The notes beneath the pieces were generated by a model. The model was not told the origin of the DNA, ran no database searches, and worked only from the letters and a program-made list of their open reading frames with translations. Shown one piece after another: positions 1 through 10,236 of a stretch of 64,000 nucleotides of DNA. Location of the stretch: contig CBFFSA010000018.1 in the NCBI GenBank assembly GCA_965644495.1, forward strand, positions 124,001 to 188,000, read 5' to 3'. Numbering within the stretch: position 1 is the first letter of the stretch; each line of letters opens with the position of its first letter. The DNA is from Perkinsela sp. CCAP 1560/9 (Eukaryota > Protista > Euglenozoa: Kinetoplastea). The position numbers were made by a program, and so were the translations under genes.

Positions 1-3000
1 CCGGAGTAGGACATGACCCCGAGCACGGGGTTCAGACACACACTGCTGTGGTCCATTACCCCGTGGGTCTCGAAGGCGGAGGTACGCACGAGGCTGCGGT
101 GGGTGGAGGCCATGTGGTAGTACTTGGTGTCGGTGCGGTACGATGTGGTCGCGAGTGCGGGTCCAATGGATTGTTTCGTAATCCCACATTGGAACAGGTT
201 ACGCGGGGAACAGTTGTGTTCAAAGAACGGGATGACGCTCGCGGTGAGACTAAGGAGGTGGGTGGAGGGACGGGGCTCGGTGTAGTCGTGGGTGTGGGCC
301 TCCGTGCGGGCGTCGTGGAGATCGGCATAGACGGAGGCGATGTTTAGATAGGTCTGTTCCCATACCCCGATGTGAAGCTTGTCTCCGGTGGGGAGGTGTT
401 GGATGGGTCGCATCAAACGCCCCGGTGTGGTGAAGAGGTACAGAACGGAAAAAGTGGCGGAGAGGGAGACGGCGACCACCTCAATGTGACACAGCGGAGA
501 ACCACGGCGTCGTTTCTCTCCGCGTAGGATCTCACAACACGAAGTCACAGAGGGGGTGGATACGAACCCCAAGAGCGCGCCGTCCAACATGACGGTTGTC
601 ATCCCCTCGTAGCGCTGCCACACAGGTGTGAGCTCAGTTGGGTACAAATGCTCTCTCAGTAACTGCTGGACGGCATCCCCTACATCGTATTCCACCGGTT
701 TCCCATTGGACGTACTGTCCGATAAACTCACGCGGGCGCCAAGCGTGAGATGGTTCTGCACCCCACAGGCCTCCCCATCCGGGGTGTGGACCACACAGTA
801 GAATCCCCAAGACTCGGTACGGCACCGTCGGACCTCTGTGCTTCGCATTTCGAGGATATGCCGACCGCGGTGTACCCCACGAAGGAGTTCCGCGACACGA
901 TAGAAATTTAACCGCTCACAGCTCACCGAGAGACCCATGACTTGGGGCACAGGGGTGGGGAGGGAGCGGTCGGGGGTGTAGGACCCAGTGGTGAAGATCC
1001 GGGACAGTGGTTTCAGAACCCCACGTAGCGGGGTGCGCAGTATGGTGGACAGCTCCGGGAGCAGCACTGTTTTACGGTCCCGCCCACGAAGATGGGTGAG
1101 ATGGGGGGAGGAGCACACCGCGGCGACGTTTCGCGCCCCACTGGCGAGTCCACGTAACACACAGCTCTCTAACACCCCACTGAGGAGGTTGCCCAATGTA
1201 AACACCTCCTGGTGACTCGGGAGGTCGAGGTTGTCCTTGGGGAGGGTGTCGTCCACGAAGGCGTAGAGCTGGCGTAGGAGGTGGACGAGGAGCTCAAATT
1301 TTCGCTCGCGTTCAGCGCATGCACGTGCCAGGACGTCCTCGTTGGGGTCTGGAAGAAGCTCGCGCTCAAACGAATCCTCGGAGTTCAAATGGGGGAACAG
1401 ATAGCGGTGCAGCACGTAGCGTCCGTACCACACATCCGGGTGTTGTGGAGGCGCATGGGCCCCAGAGGGCTCACACTCCGGCAGCAGTGTTGTCGCGCCC
1501 AGCGGATTACCAAACTTTCGACGGTGCTGAGTCTGAGCCTCGCGGATGAGTCTGCCGAGCAGCATTGTGTGCGGAAGAGCCCCTAGGACTTGGCCGTAGG
1601 TCTGGGCGAGATGGTGCCGTAGCAGTGCCTCCACACGGCCCACCGTGATTTCGGATGTAATTCCCGCGGAGAGGATGTGGAACACCCCCGCATGAGTCAC
1701 TTCTCGTAGAGCACACAGCAACAACAAAAATGGGACGTATTGTACTTTTCGACCCAGGGGAAGAGAGACAACCACCTCGGCACTGCGCAGGTAGTGGATA
1801 AAAGTAGGAAGAACGCGGCCGGAGCGTGTCTTGGAGCGGAACTGGATCGCTTTCTCGGAGAAGTTGTCGCCGTGTTTGCACAGCCCGGGGCGTTGGGTAA
1901 GTAGAGGGGTGTTGCTACGCGGGACACTGAGCAGTCGGAGTATTTTTTCTGAACCGTTGATGACAAAATACCCCCCAGCGAGCATCGGCTCGTGCTGGGC
2001 CTCGCGCCACGGGATACCCAACGCCTTCATGTGGGTGAGAACACAGTGGGCACTCCCGACCATAGTCGGCACTTCTCCTGCCTTCATCCAGAAAAAGGCG
2101 CTAGGGGGAATCAGTTCAGTAGGATAGCGGTGACCTTGGGAATCTACCACACGCTCTGAGTGCTCCACAGTGGCGGAAGTAAAAAACCTCTCGGAATCGT
2201 TCGCTGCGTCAATCCCCAAGTCAACCGAGATCGCATGGGGTACACTCGATAAAGGGGAGTCCCGTCGTAGCTGAAAGCGAAACGCAATTCTCCAGTACAG
2301 AGGCTCCTGGTAGGAAGTGCCAAGCCGGACATGACGTGCGGGAGCGAGATAGCCAGCGGCTACACGCAGCAGACTCCCATAAAGCGTCTCCGATGTGCGA
2401 ACTAGCTGACCCCAGTCTGTGTGTCGTCGCGTAACCAGGTGTTCGTATACTGTTGCGGGGTCACGTGTGTGTTTGGGGATTTCGTACCGTCCATACGTAT
2501 CCGCATCCCACGCATAAAGATGCTGTGCGTCAAACCAAATCTTATTTGATTTCGCCTCGAAGGCCGTCGTTAGGTCCGACCACTGCTGATGGAGATCTGC
2601 CACGTTTTGTAAAGTCGTTGTGACGTGCAGCAGGTTTTGTCGTACCTCATCGCATTTTTCAACCGAGACATGTGTCCCGACGTGTGTGGTGTATCGCTCC
2701 TGGAGCGCACGGAGGTGATCCTGCTCCTTCTCTAAAGACGAAAACACGGTACGAAACTTTTCTGTCATTGATTGAACGTAGCACGCGGAGGTCTCCAGGG
2801 AGGGGTGACATATGCCGACAGCTACACGGTTGCACTGAACGCTAATCGTGGAGCCGTCCTTGCCAAGGGGTTGGGTAGCCATGACGCCTTGTTGGGTGTG
2901 CTCGGTAATCAGTCGGGGGAGGTCATGACGTAAGGCATCGTCCCACATGGAGGTGTGTAGACTACAGAGCTCGGAGACACTCTTGTCCACATCTCCAAGA

Positions 3001-3425
3001 ATACCATTGAGTGATGAGTCGACAGGGGACGAGGTCGCGCCCGAAGACGCGTATTGAGGTTGCAGGAGGAGTAGGTTTTGCAACGAACCCTGTATTTGAA
3101 GCAGGAGATTGTACTTGTGAGAAATTGGGAGTGTGTGGGGGTCCGGGTCTCGTTGAAGGCTATGTATCTGATCCAGTAATTCTCGTGCAATAGGAGGCAC
3201 TTCCTTTTTCCTTGGCGAAATGTACTTCACAGCCCTTTTGCGATCCGGCAATTCCCCTCTGGGCAGTGATAAACGGGTCCGGAGACTTATCACAAAGTCA
3301 TCCAATTTGGGTGTTTTTTCCAACTCCAGTATTTGATCAAAAGATTCAATTTGCTCACGAAGAGTGAGATCAATCCATTGCCAAGCTCTGTCCTCCTGAG
3401 AACTTGTGTCACATGCTGAGCTCAT
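1..3425 (-). CDS. RPA2: RNA polymerase I second-largest subunit (3' end runs off the window), with long N-terminal extension
   Basis: Not in the ORF track. Manual translation from ATG 3425 is stop-free to base 1 (~1141 codons). It contains GEVPTMVGSAHC, AGGYFVINGSEKILRLLSVPRSN, DNLDLPSHQEV, ERLNFYR..HRG, ESWGFYCVVHTPDGEACG, PFFEHNCSPRNLFQC and VMSYSG, which match Pol I-type Rpa135 blocks. Confidence 0.93.
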   Translation of the reverse strand, partial: MSSACDTSSQEDRAWQWIDLTLREQIESFDQILELEKTPKLDDFVISLRTRLSLPRGELPDRKRAVKYISPRKKEVPPIARELLDQIHSLQRDPDPHTLPISHKYNLLLQIQGSLQNLLLLQPQYASSGATSSPVDSSLNGILGDVDKSVSELCSLHTSMWDDALRHDLPRLITEHTQQGVMATQPLGKDGSTISVQCNRVAVGICHPSLETSACYVQSMTEKFRTVFSSLEKEQDHLRALQERYTTHVGTHVSVEKCDEVRQNLLHVTTTLQNVADLHQQWSDLTTAFEAKSNKIWFDAQHLYAWDADTYGRYEIPKHTRDPATVYEHLVTRRHTDWGQLVRTSETLYGSLLRVAAGYLAPARHVRLGTSYQEPLYWRIAFRFQLRRDSPLSSVPHAISVDLGIDAANDSERFFTSATVEHSERVVDSQGHRYPTELIPPSAFFWMKAGEVPTMVGSAHCVLTHMKALGIPWREAQHEPMLAGGYFVINGSEKILRLLSVPRSNTPLLTQRPGLCKHGDNFSEKAIQFRSKTRSGRVLPTFIHYLRSAEVVVSLPLGRKVQYVPFLLLLCALREVTHAGVFHILSAGITSEITVGRVEALLRHHLAQTYGQVLGALPHTMLLGRLIREAQTQHRRKFGNPLGATTLLPECEPSGAHAPPQHPDVWYGRYVLHRYLFPHLNSEDSFERELLPDPNEDVLARACAERERKFELLVHLLRQLYAFVDDTLPKDNLDLPSHQEVFTLGNLLSGVLESCVLRGLASGARNVAAVCSSPHLTHLRGRDRKTVLLPELSTILRTPLRGVLKPLSRIFTTGSYTPDRSLPTPVPQVMGLSVSCERLNFYRVAELLRGVHRGRHILEMRSTEVRRCRTESWGFYCVVHTPDGEACGVQNHLTLGARVSLSDSTSNGKPVEYDVGDAVQQLLREHLYPTELTPVWQRYEGMTTVMLDGALLGFVSTPSVTSCCEILRGEKRRRGSPLCHIEVVAVSLSATFSVLYLFTTPGRLMRPIQHLPTGDKLHIGVWEQTYLNIASVYADLHDARTEAHTHDYTEPRPSTHLLSLTASVIPFFEHNCSPRNLFQCGITKQSIGPALATTSYRTDTKYYHMASTHRSLVRTSAFETHGVMDHSSVCLNPVLGVMSYS

Positions 3426-3879
3426 AGGATATTGTATTCTGTTTGATGTATTTGATATGCAGAAAAAAAGAAAACTAGAGAACAAAAAATAATTTAGAAG
3501 ATGTAAGGTAATATTTTGTGAGCTATAATTCAACGAAAATTTATATTTTTCGTTAAAATTGGATGGGTAATCTGCCTGTTTAAGAAAACTTAGGCTTGAA
3601 GAATAATACGCGTAACTTAGGCGACCTAAGGGAGATCTGGAGCCCCGCAACCGACTACAGCACTAAATTTTGACTTCAAATACGTTCTTGCAACGTTGGT
3701 CTGTTTTGGTATGCATATACGAAAGGGGAGAAGTGATCTTTATCTACGTAGAAAAAAGGTGTCGGAAGAAAGTGGTATCGGGAGAAAATGCGTCCCACGT
3801 TTCGAGCTGTGATGTCGTCCCGAACACCAAATCGTGTTTCAAATATCGATTCCGGAGACCATCCATTCTTCTTAAGAAG

Positions 3880-5247
3880 CTACTTTTCCGGCGGCGTGTT
3901 TGCCTTCCCGTTCGATTCCACTTCAGGGGGATAATATACCAGATGGACCCCAAGCGGGGTCTCCACGACATCTGACAACGACCCTGGGGAAAGCGCCCAC
4001 AGAACATCCCTTAGAATATTGAGCGAGGGACCATACTCCCTTTTCGCCTCCAAGGGAGGCATTTTCCCGCCCTGTGTTTTCCCACTCGAACATTCGGAGT
4101 ACTGGGAGGCATAATCCGCATAGTGCTCTTTATCCTGAATCAAACTGTACCGTATGGTTTGTAGACGCCAGTGTGCCTCAAAAGGGGACCGGGTAACGGG
4201 CTGCGCTCCCCAAGTGGGGCGCAGACTTTTGGTGTGCTTGAGAAGAATGTGGTATCCCACTCGTGTAGGTCCGGTAATCATGGACTCGGGCGCCAACAAC
4301 ACAGTACACGAGCTTTCTGGCTGTGAAACCTCCAACAAAGGGCTTGCAGCAACAGGGGCCGTGTTCGACTCCTCCTTCACCTCAAAAACAGAACCCGGTA
4401 CCCCACCCAAATCCACACCTCCCTCTTTTCCCACCTCCACCTTCCCTCCCTCCCCACTCCCCACCCCCGCCTCCCCCATCTCCCTTATAAACCCCTCCAC
4501 CTCCCTCCTCACCCCCCTCCCCCCACCCCCCCCTCCCCCCCTCCGCAGCCGGTACACCCGGCTACTCCCGCCGGTGCGCACCCACTGCCCCTCCGGCCAC
4601 AGCACCGGGACCGCGGGCGCCACCCGCACCCCGTTCACGAAGGTGCCGTGGGTGGAGCGCAGGTCCACGAGGTAGACCCCCCCGGCGCGGTGGTGGACGA
4701 GCGCGAGGTGGACCCGGGAGCAGCTGGGGTGGAGCAGCGGGATGTCGCACACCGCGGGGTGGGTCCCGAGCAGGTAGGTGCGGTGGGCGTGGAGCGACAC
4801 GGTGGCGACGCGCTGGGGGGCGGGGGCGCGGGAGCCGGAGCGGAAGACCTCGAGGGAGGGCGCGGCGGGGGAGGGGGGGGCGGGGGGGAGGGCCGCCCAG
4901 GGGGGCGGGGTGAAGTACGGCGACTGCAGGGCGTGCTTGCGAGAGGGGGGGAGGGGGGAGGGGGAGGGGGTAGACGGGGGAGGGGAGGGGGAGCGTTGGG
5001 GAGGAGGGGGTGGTGGGGTTGGGGATGAGGGGGGTAGGGTGGGAGAAAGGGGGGGGGTTGGGGTGAGAGTGGGTTGTGATGGGGGAGGGTTCTGGGTTTT
5101 TGTTTTTGTGGCTTTATTGTGTTGTGGTGGGGGAGGGGTAGGGTGGAGGGGACGTGAGGTGAGAGGTCGGGAGGGACGTAGTTGGGTGTAGAAAGGGGTT
5201 TGACGGAGAGTGGCCCAGTCGGGTTCATTGGGACCAGAGGCAGACAT
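3880..5247 (-). CDS. FHA domain + parvulin PPIase protein (Par45-like) with Pro-rich N-terminus
   Basis: FHA motifs (YLLG..CDIPLLHPSCSRVHLAL, LVDLRSTHGTFVNG) are followed by a parvulin domain (HILLKH..RP..VTRS, ASQYSECSS..GG, LSDVVETPLGVHLV). This is the architecture of trypanosomatid Par45. Confidence 0.85.
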   Translation of the reverse strand: MSASGPNEPDWATLRQTPFYTQLRPSRPLTSRPLHPTPPPPQHNKATKTKTQNPPPSQPTLTPTPPLSPTLPPSSPTPPPPPPQRSPSPPPSTPSPSPLPPSRKHALQSPYFTPPPWAALPPAPPSPAAPSLEVFRSGSRAPAPQRVATVSLHAHRTYLLGTHPAVCDIPLLHPSCSRVHLALVHHRAGGVYLVDLRSTHGTFVNGVRVAPAVPVLWPEGQWVRTGGSSRVYRLRRGGGGGGGRGVRREVEGFIREMGEAGVGSGEGGKVEVGKEGGVDLGGVPGSVFEVKEESNTAPVAASPLLEVSQPESSCTVLLAPESMITGPTRVGYHILLKHTKSLRPTWGAQPVTRSPFEAHWRLQTIRYSLIQDKEHYADYASQYSECSSGKTQGGKMPPLEAKREYGPSLNILRDVLWALSPGSLSDVVETPLGVHLVYYPPEVESNGKANTPPEK

Positions 5248-5411
5248 GGTAGGGAAGGAAAGGAGCTACGGTAGGTGTAGGGTAGGGTAAGTTTTACGAG
5301 TCGAATTCAAAGGAATATTTTCTATGGATGGAAGAAGAGTTGTTTTTAGCGAGCATAAAATATAAATTGAACTTTGCAATTTCTACAAAAACGGGAAAAG
5401 TAGATAACGCT

Positions 5412-6590
5412 TTAGATTTTCGTATCATGAACATTTTCGTCCTGTTTATCGTGTAGCGCAACCACATCCTGTATATCGTCTAAAATAGGAAGGATTTGCT
5501 TTATCAAAATATTCCTGGAATGGTGACACGCATCGTCATAGATCGTGTGTTTTCGGGATTTGGTCCCATTTCGAAAAGTTGAATTTTCCGTTTTCTCAGG
5601 TGAAGGTGCGAAAACTACGCTACTTTGTTCTGCATTCGAAGTCTGTAACACATCGTCCATGAGAACTTTTTTTGCATTGACGCTTTCCATCCATTGTATT
5701 CCTTTTGTGGTCGTACATAGAAATAACAAGAACTCAACCTGAGCGCTGCACAGCTCCGCCCAACCCTCGTAGAGATCACGCCGCAGAAACTCCAAAACAG
5801 AGTCTGGAATCGCGGCGTCAATCATGGCACTATGGTATCCCTCATGTTTGTGAAGTGCTATGTTACGAAAAAGAAGAAGCAAATGCATTATCCCCGGAGG
5901 GTTAGGGGCCACGCAAGGTTTGGCCCAAAGTTTGAGGAGGTTATGGAAGTGGATCAGGGCGTTGGGATAGGACAGTAGAGTGTCCACACCTACCCGTTCG
6001 CACATTAAATTGGATATAATCTGAATTCCCCATCTCACGCTCGGCATTTCCATAGTAAGACAGAGAAGTACTTGCAACAATTTCTCAAGATATTGCCCCT
6101 GACGATCAGTCGAGGTTACTTGGAGAAAAGAAGGCACTACGGAGGCACCATCGACACTTGTGATATTATTAAGTAACATAAAAATGAGGGACAACGAAGC
6201 ATTGTCGGAATAAGAGCTTTTCGTTGTAGAATTCTCAGGAGAATCGTCCAGATCACCTTCACTTTTTGGTTGATGACTGGATATAAATTCTAAGAAACGC
6301 ATAAGCTTCGCGATCCCATGAGATTCGGAAATGATACGGGCAGTACGAAGGCAGTACTCCGGGTGAGCGGTTAGGTTGGTCAGTGTAGTTAACAGCGTTC
6401 CGTGAAGCAGCATATTTTCTGGTGTTAACAGATGCAGAAGCTTCTCTATGATTTCCGGTTGCAACAGAGCTTCAAAAAGTGTCACAGGTTCACAAGAACT
6501 AGAACATACAGCAAGTATGTCAACTGCACGTTTGCGTAACTCAATGCGCGAGCTGGAAAGCATTTGAAGTACGACGTCGTGATCGCTCAT
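5412..6590 (-). CDS. ARM/HEAT-repeat protein, HGH1-like
   Basis: 392-aa helical ORF with LTNLT, MLLNNIT, IISNL and LFRNIA armadillo-type helices; size and MLLxN motif resemble Hgh1. Confidence 0.55.
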   Translation of the reverse strand: MSDHDVVLQMLSSSRIELRKRAVDILAVCSSSCEPVTLFEALLQPEIIEKLLHLLTPENMLLHGTLLTTLTNLTAHPEYCLRTARIISESHGIAKLMRFLEFISSHQPKSEGDLDDSPENSTTKSSYSDNASLSLIFMLLNNITSVDGASVVPSFLQVTSTDRQGQYLEKLLQVLLCLTMEMPSVRWGIQIISNLMCERVGVDTLLSYPNALIHFHNLLKLWAKPCVAPNPPGIMHLLLLFRNIALHKHEGYHSAMIDAAIPDSVLEFLRRDLYEGWAELCSAQVEFLLFLCTTTKGIQWMESVNAKKVLMDDVLQTSNAEQSSVVFAPSPEKTENSTFRNGTKSRKHTIYDDACHHSRNILIKQILPILDDIQDVVALHDKQDENVHDTKI

Positions 6591-7004
6591 AACAAAGAGT
6601 AAATCAAGCAGGGTTAGATTTGTAGATGCGAAAAAAATTTCTGTAAGTGTGCAAGTGGGTTCGTTCCATTAAATGAATTTTACACACGAAGCATACACGT
6701 TGTATGCTTCGTGTATTTCACATGTACAGTAAAAATAAGAATTCTGAGGATCACTAAAAATCCGAATTCGGCTGTCAACGTGCAACTAGGAAAAATGAGA
6801 ATGTGATTTCGAAAGTGAGAATGCGGCTCGGAATAATCGTATCAACGTGGAACTCCATTTGAGTACCAAAAATGAGAATACTTAGACAAATTCTTGACTA
6901 GTTTTACCATGCATTCGTGAGTACGGTACTTAGGTACTCAAATGAGTACCTAGGGCCTTACTTTTTTAATCGCTTCGTTAAACGCGGTGGTTGTTTTCAA
7001 CATA

Positions 7005-8563
7005 CAGGGGTGTAAATTTGGATGTGGGGGGGTCTAAAATTCGTAAAACTTGGCCAATTGTGGAAAATAATAGCGCATTCGAGAGCTCTCGAACAGGGCT
7101 CATGAACGCAACATGGCCGCGATAGGCACAAGGGGGTATTGCCCCCTCGACAAAGGGCCCCCGAATGCGATTTGCAACTTTCTAAAGCACGGGAAAAAAT
7201 AGAAAAAAAAATTAATAATTGCAGTTTCCGCCGTTCTTTTCAAGCACAATACGGCATCGCTTACGAAAGCTTACGAAGCTCTTCATAGCGTTTTCAGAGG
7301 CTATAGAATGTGTCGTTTGAAGATCTTGAAGCGCTGCTTCGATCGCAATGATCAAATCTGTACGATTTCTAGGGGCCAAACCATTTTTGAAATTGTCCAT
7401 TATGGACCATAAATTTTCAACGGGCATGAGATCAGGTGATTTTGCTGGCCAAGGAAGAACAGTAATTCCTGTCTCTTGAAAGCTTGTCCTGGCCAGATTG
7501 TGCACCGTACAGTTATCCATTGCAATAACGCTAGAACGGTGCCGCTTAAGGTAAGAAATTAACCCTCCGCGCTTCTTCATGGCTTCATCAAAAATAGCCC
7601 CCGTCACTGTACCTCGGTTTCCTTGAGAACGAACAGAAGGAAAAACGTGAAGGTGAAACCCATGCTTAAGGCTCGCTGCCATCCAAACCATAACACCAAT
7701 CCCCCCATGCCATGCATCCAATTCACCTTGCTGCTCCTTGGGAGCGTCAGTTTTGCGGCAGTGGTACGTGATGTGCCCCCCACTCTTCCCACAGGTAATT
7801 TTTTTTTCATCCATCCAAATGATATTGGACAGTTCCGCGTCACTCCACGTTAGCATTTCTTCACAGAAACGTACTCGTTTCTCTTTATGCACTGAGGTAA
7901 GTGCAGAGGATTTCCGGACTGTGCGCAAGACGATGCCATGTGATTTCATGTGGGTCGTCAAAGTTTGACGAGAGCAAGTGAACCCAAGATTTTCCATTAA
8001 CCGATGGAGCTCACTCCAGCTCCTGATGCCATAGGGTTGATCTCGAACACCCTCGTCTATAGCTTTCAAAGCAGCCTCACGTAGTTCAGGTGTCACAGCG
8101 ATGTTCGTTGGGGCGTGTTTCTGGTTCTTGGAGTCTACTTCTCCAGTATCACTATAGCGCTCAACCCAGCGCTTCACAGTAGCTTCATGAACTTGAAAAT
8201 TGCGCGCGGTTAGGGAAAAAGACTGTTGCTTCGTAATCGGCAACAAGAAGCATGCGCCAGCTTGCTTTTATGTGCCCAGGCGAGGAATAAGCCCTTTCGG
8301 AGTGCTTATGTTCCGGAGATCGTCCACAATCCCGTCGTTGTGGCATGAATAAGGGCAAAAAACAGAAAAATTGTGAAAATTGCAGGATTTTGTCTTCCAA
8401 AAAACTAAGTTTTTTTATGTGCATCCGAAAATCTAATTAACACGGATACGGTATATGCACGTTCATGAGCTCTGTTCGAGATCTCTCGAATGCGCTATTA
8501 TTTTCCAAAAATAGCCAAATTTTACGAATTTTGGACCCCCCCACATCTAAATTTACACCCCTG
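7005..8563 (-). mobile_element. Tc1/IS630-type DNA transposon with ~105-bp TIRs, inserted into the terminal hairpin of a family A fragment
   Basis: TA|CAGGGGTGTAAATTTGGATGTGGGGGGG at 7005 and CCCCCCCACATCTAAATTTACACCCCTG|TA at 8563. The flanks rejoin to give the family A hairpin (6967-7004 + 8564-8617). Confidence 0.93.
7212..8346 (-). pseudogene. Tc1-like DD32E transposase, frameshifted near the N-terminus
   Basis: HTH (FQVHEATVKRWVERYSDTG), WMDEKKI, AMDNCTVH and WPAKSPDLMPVENLW. The probable ATG at 8346 (MPQRR, also preserved in the derivative at ~55380) is out of frame with the main ORF by one base near 8250. Confidence 0.85.
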
Positions 8564-8973
8564 TAGAAGTCACTCATGGTGCGAGCTTCGCGTACCTCCG
8601 CGTTTAACGAAGCGACTAAAAAAGAAAATTTGGCCTGAAAAGCTGAGGAAAACTGAAGGATTTAAGCCGAAAATAGCCAATTTTCCAAAATTGGTCAACT
8701 TAAACGAATTTTAACGCCCCATTTTTTTGTCCACCCCTGTATCTACACAGTATTCCAGTTACTTCGATAATCTAGGTTACTCTCAGGTTGAAAATATACA
8801 TTTACATATTTAATAGTCTCTTATAATAGTCTCTTATAATAGTCTCTTATAATAATATCTGTGTATAATCTCTGGCACAAAGAAGTTATTGCCGCTTCAC
8901 TGTGGCTGTAAAAAGTTGAAAAAAACGAGTTTTTCAAGGAAAAGAAAGATACTAATCATAAGTTTGCTGCACA

Positions 8974-9639
8974 TCAGCTCACCATTTGAATTTTGGTCTC
9001 TTGAAAGGCCTTGTACGTCAGGCTTACCGGTAGCATGCGTACATGTAATGTCCCCGTAAGTTGGGCGTTGTTGCGAAGTGACAAGCTGATAAGTCCAGAA
9101 GGAAGATCACCGAACGTTACATCACCACTTAGCATATTCACCGACAATATCAAGGAAGTTAAGCTTGAAGGAAGATGAGAAAGATCAACACTTCCCGTAA
9201 ATTGATTGTACGACGCATCAAGAGAAGACATAAGTGGCGGAAGATCAACGAGATCAATTTCCCCCGTAAGTTGGTTAGTGTATACTGAGAATCGATGTAG
9301 AGACCTTGGTAATGCATTCCACAAAATTATACCACACAAACTTCTTCGTTCAATTTCAAACCTTAAAATCTCTCCTTCGTCAGAACACGTAATCCCTTCC
9401 CACTTATGCGCAGGTACGGATGCATTCCAAGAGGGCAGTGGATTCACTATGTTACTCACCAAACGCTCAAGATCATACTCTTGGGGTAGTAGCACACCTC
9501 TTACTCTTGCAGCTTTTCGGCGCTCACCCGTTGAGTCGGAAAACTTAAAGTCGGGATGATAGGACACGGGTAACGATTTCGTCACGCGGTAAAGGACACT
9601 AACACACAACGTAATACGATCCATTGCAACATCGTACAT
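8974..9639 (-). CDS. Leucine-rich repeat protein (paralog 1)
   Basis: RVRGVLLPQEYDLERLV..WEGITC cap, then 24-aa repeats NxL/FxGxxDLxxLP. Confidence 0.88.
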   Translation of the reverse strand: MYDVAMDRITLCVSVLYRVTKSLPVSYHPDFKFSDSTGERRKAARVRGVLLPQEYDLERLVSNIVNPLPSWNASVPAHKWEGITCSDEGEILRFEIERRSLCGIILWNALPRSLHRFSVYTNQLTGEIDLVDLPPLMSSLDASYNQFTGSVDLSHLPSSLTSLILSVNMLSGDVTFGDLPSGLISLSLRNNAQLTGTLHVRMLPVSLTYKAFQETKIQMVS

Positions 9640-9898
9640 CTTAAAGCGACTAATTTTAAAAGTCAGAATTTAGGAGTCAACGTTAATCAAAAAATATTAT
9701 CGAACGTGACCTGAATATTACGTACCTGAAGATTATCTGTTCAGTCCTACAGAAGGCACATTCATCAGCGTGAAATGAATCTGTACGTCTGAATTCGTTA
9801 TAGTTTGTTCTGCGTTTTGAAACGTTCCTTTCAGCAATCTTTTCAGATCTCGCAATCCAATTCAAATTTACGATCAATCGTATTCGTTGATAAAATTA

Positions 9899-10221
9899 CT
9901 CCCCCTCTCATTAATAATTATAATTTTAATCTATAAATCTTTTTAGTTTATAATTATAGTTATAGTCTATAATTATTAATGAGATTCGATAAGTGATTTT
10001 TTTTTATGGACTTCAATTTCTTGATTTTCGAGACACTTCGTTCAACTTGGAAACAATTTTTAGTGCAAAGTATGTGGTACAGATGTCTTTCTAGATAAAA
10101 AATGAAGAATTTGACGTTTATAATTGTAAAAGTGAGACTCAGAATTATTATCTCATTAAATTTCTATAAACAATCCCTTTAATGATGTTTGGAGGTTTAT
10201 AATTATTAATGAGAGGGGGAG
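9899..10221. mobile_element. 323-bp MITE with TA TSD
   Basis: TA|CTCCCCCTCTCATTAATAATTATAA ... TTATAATTATTAATGAGAGGGGGAG|TA; a second, interrupted copy lies at 56090-57801. Confidence 0.9.
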
Positions 10222-10236
10222 TACTCGTTTATAATA

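Noticed and set aside
48-3193. The many short ORFs listed over 1-3.2 kb
   Set aside because: They are shadows of the single RPA2 frame that the track omitted.
4154-5228. Gly/Arg-rich antisense and alternative-frame ORFs
   Set aside because: They are explained by the high GC, Pro-rich coding of Par45.
6684-6714. Intergenic hairpins (also ~35790-35830) as rho-independent terminators
   Set aside because: The context is a eukaryotic polycistron and there is no U-tract; they are more likely transposon footprints or remnants.
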